A DNA stretch of 64,000 bases. Source: Takakia lepidozioides. Lineage: Eukaryota; Plantae; Bryophyta. Every line of letters starts with the position of its first letter. Positions within the stretch are counted from its first letter, which is position 1. The stretch covers positions 89,528,001-89,592,000 of the forward strand of contig CM060731.1 in NCBI GenBank assembly GCA_030704615.1, given 5' to 3'. Shown here one piece after another: positions 61,655 through 64,000 of the stretch. A program made the translations under genes and the position numbers. The notes under the pieces are model-generated. The model was not told the DNA's origin, did not search any database, and worked only from the letters and a program-made list of their open reading frames with translations.

Positions 61655-62975
61655 ACAGCCTCACGGACTATGGAGTTGTTCGAAGCTGGATTGGTGGAGT
61701 TGTCAAGCGGGGAGTAAGCCTCGGCAACGGTGATGCCAGCTAAGAAGGATGTCTATGGCAATTGGACAGAAAGAAGGATGTGTGGGGACTACCGTCCTGT
61801 GAACCGTCAGACTAAGTCTGATAGATATGCCATGCCAACTCCAGAGGAGATCTTTGATGCCATTGGGCATGCAAAGGTGTTTAGCACATTGGACTTGTGA
61901 TTCGGTTACCACCAGTTGCCAATCAAAGAGGTTGACAAGCAAAAGACGACATTCTGGGGGATTGACCAACATGGGAAGGATTGCTTGTACCAATGGCGGT
62001 TCCTACCGTTTGGGTTGAAAAATGCTCCTGCAGAGTTTCAGAGGGTCATGGATAGGATTCTTGCGGGGCTAGACTTTGCCCGGTGCTACATTGATGACAT
62101 CATCATCTTTAGTGCTACGATTGAGGAGCACGAGAGACACCTTCAGATGGTGTTTGAGCGCATGGGTTGAAATTGCACCCTGGGAAGTGCAAGTTATTTC
62201 ACAACCAGATTGAGTATCTGGGCCACATGATATATCCTAGAGGATTGGGTATTCAAAAGATGAAGGTGGAGGCCATTGCACGCATTCCACGCCCCATCGA
62301 TGTTAGCAGAGTTCGTGCTTTCATGGGATTGACAAACTACTTTCGACAGTTTGTCAAGGGATTTAGCAGCATTGGCAAGGCTCTTACCAAGTTGACCAAG
62401 GTGGGTCAGGAGTGGCAGTGGGAGGAGGAGCAGGAGGAAGCCTTTGAGGAACTCAAGGCTCGATTGACTTCTGCGTCTATTCTGAGGCGGCCTATTCGGG
62501 GGCGGTCTTTCCATACGGATTGGAGTATGTTGGGGATTGGAGCAGTGCTCACATAGGTGGATGATGAGGGAAGAGAATTCATAGTGACATATGCTAGCTG
62601 CTCGAACAATGATGCCGAGGCGAAGTATAGTTCCTATAAAGGGGAGTGTCTAGCTGCAGTACGGGCAGTGACACATTTTAGATGCTACCTCTATGGCAAT
62701 CTCTTCACCCTTGTCACGGATCACCAACCATTGAAGTGGTTGATGGAGTCAGACAAGTTTACATGGAAGCTTGCACGGTGGGCACTTATGCTTCAAGAGT
62801 ACGACTTCCAGGTGGTGCATCGAGCCGGAATAGTCAACCGAGATGCGGATGATTGAGTCGCAATCCATGCACAAGTGAGCTTGATGATACATGAGCTCGT
62901 TGGCATGGTGAGACGGACAAGGAGATGGTACCAGGATGGCACGTATCTGCCTTTTTATGCATTCTAGCAAGGGGA
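61655..62975 (+). pseudogene. RT-RNaseH of the DNMT/PHD Gypsy family (copy 3)
   Basis: RMCGDYRPVN, LPFGLKNAPAEFQR, CYIDD, HTDWS..GIGAVL, GECLA, TDHQPLKWL. The 3' end (62810-62970) matches 15050-15210 of copy 1. Confidence 0.9.
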
Positions 62976-63623
62976 GCTCAACAATTTAGGAGAAAAAGTC
63001 AAACTACCCCACTGGTCGTTTAAGGGTTAAACTTAGTTGAAATGTTCATGTAACCATTAGAAATGGACCATCAATCAATAACTCAGCTGGATGGTGCATT
63101 GAGTGCCACTCAAAAGTCAGATGATACGGGAGTGATAGGTTCTTCTCCCCTTTCCATAGGGCCGAGTCTCGTGTGAAAACCTACATGGTGACTGTGAAAG
63201 AGATTATTTTCTCCTCTCACTATAATTAAGGAGCCTGATTTGTGAGCTGTGGGTCCTAGCGTCCTAGCCTGGTGTTTCCCTTTCCTTTATTATTGAAAAT
63301 AATTTGATTCAAAGCTTCCAGTCATCACATTCCATTTTCAGAAGACCTAAATATGTAACAATACAATCAATATCATAAAAATTCAGATTAGGTCCCTAAG
63401 TCCATACCAACTGAAAATTACTGTACATCATTAAACTCGACAATGTAAAATAATTTATGCATCTTCCTAACTCTTACATAGCACATTTTCACTCAATTTT
63501 GTGTTGGGTAAGTAGTGGCAAGCAACGCTAGTAAGCCTTTATATCCAAATAACACTTCAACCTAAAAACACAATCATCAAAAAGATACATAATGAAGTTG
63601 AAAAAGTAATAAAATAGAACATA

Positions 63624-64000
63624 CACTACAACAGATCGGGTATATATGACTACCAACCCGCGGTAGTCATGGCTTTCCTGACTATAACCATGACTTCCCT
63701 GTATTTCTAGACCAAATTGAGCTTTACGTAGTTGTTCAGATGACTATTTGACTACGTAGTCATCTGAACGACTACGTTGGTAGACGCCTTCATGACTGCA
63801 GGACTCCGCACTGGACGTAAGGCTGGTCAACGATGGTTGACCAACGCGAGCTCACCACCAAATAGTTGCCTGAATGACTTCTAGTGCAAGCCTTGTAGCC
63901 AAAAGGTTAAAAAATTCAAAAAGTTGCTTATAGGGTTGCCCATTATGGTAGCCATGAAGAGAGGGTTGGGACTTGGCCTCCTTCATGGGCTTTTGCTTAG
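63624..64000. mobile_element. Start of another CACTA element related to the nested element at 2268; runs off the window
   Basis: CACTACAACAGAT terminus, ATGACT/GTAGTCAT subterminal repeats, and an AAAAGGTTAAAAAA..AAAAGTTG block shared with about 2962-2990. Confidence 0.8.

Overview
Eukaryotic nuclear DNA from a land plant, most likely a non-seed plant. That is an inference from the spliceosomal introns, plant-type PDX2 and AKR2, a PLS-class PPR fragment and alga/bryophyte-like TE lineages. A three-gene island at about 20.7-33.8 kb (PDX2, AKR2-type ankyrin gene, F420:NADP oxidoreductase-like gene) sits between two blocks of nested, decayed transposons. The main result is that unrelated TE classes here carry their own chromatin or nucleotide enzymes. 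(1) A Ty3/Gypsy family with three fragments in the window reconstructs as Gag-PR-C5 DNA methyltransferase-RT-RNaseH-integrase-PHD finger. (2) A CACTA DNA transposon has a frameshifted SET-domain (histone lysine methyltransferase-like) ORF inside what looks like the first intron of its transposase gene, with splice phases compatible with alternative splicing. The ORF track misses it because it is split over several frames. (3) A second Gypsy lineage has a dUTPase-like domain between protease and RT, near an LTR with a tRNA-Ala PBS and an extra ORF. Also present: Pack-type CACTAs carrying RPS3A and PPR fragments, a restriction-like-endonuclease LINE with a 10-bp TSD and structured 3' UTR, piggyBac-like TTAA MITEs, and a 1.9-kb-arm inverted repeat within an array of an unidentified unit. 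All TE ORFs here are pseudogenised. Domain calls come from reading motifs by eye; no database search was run.
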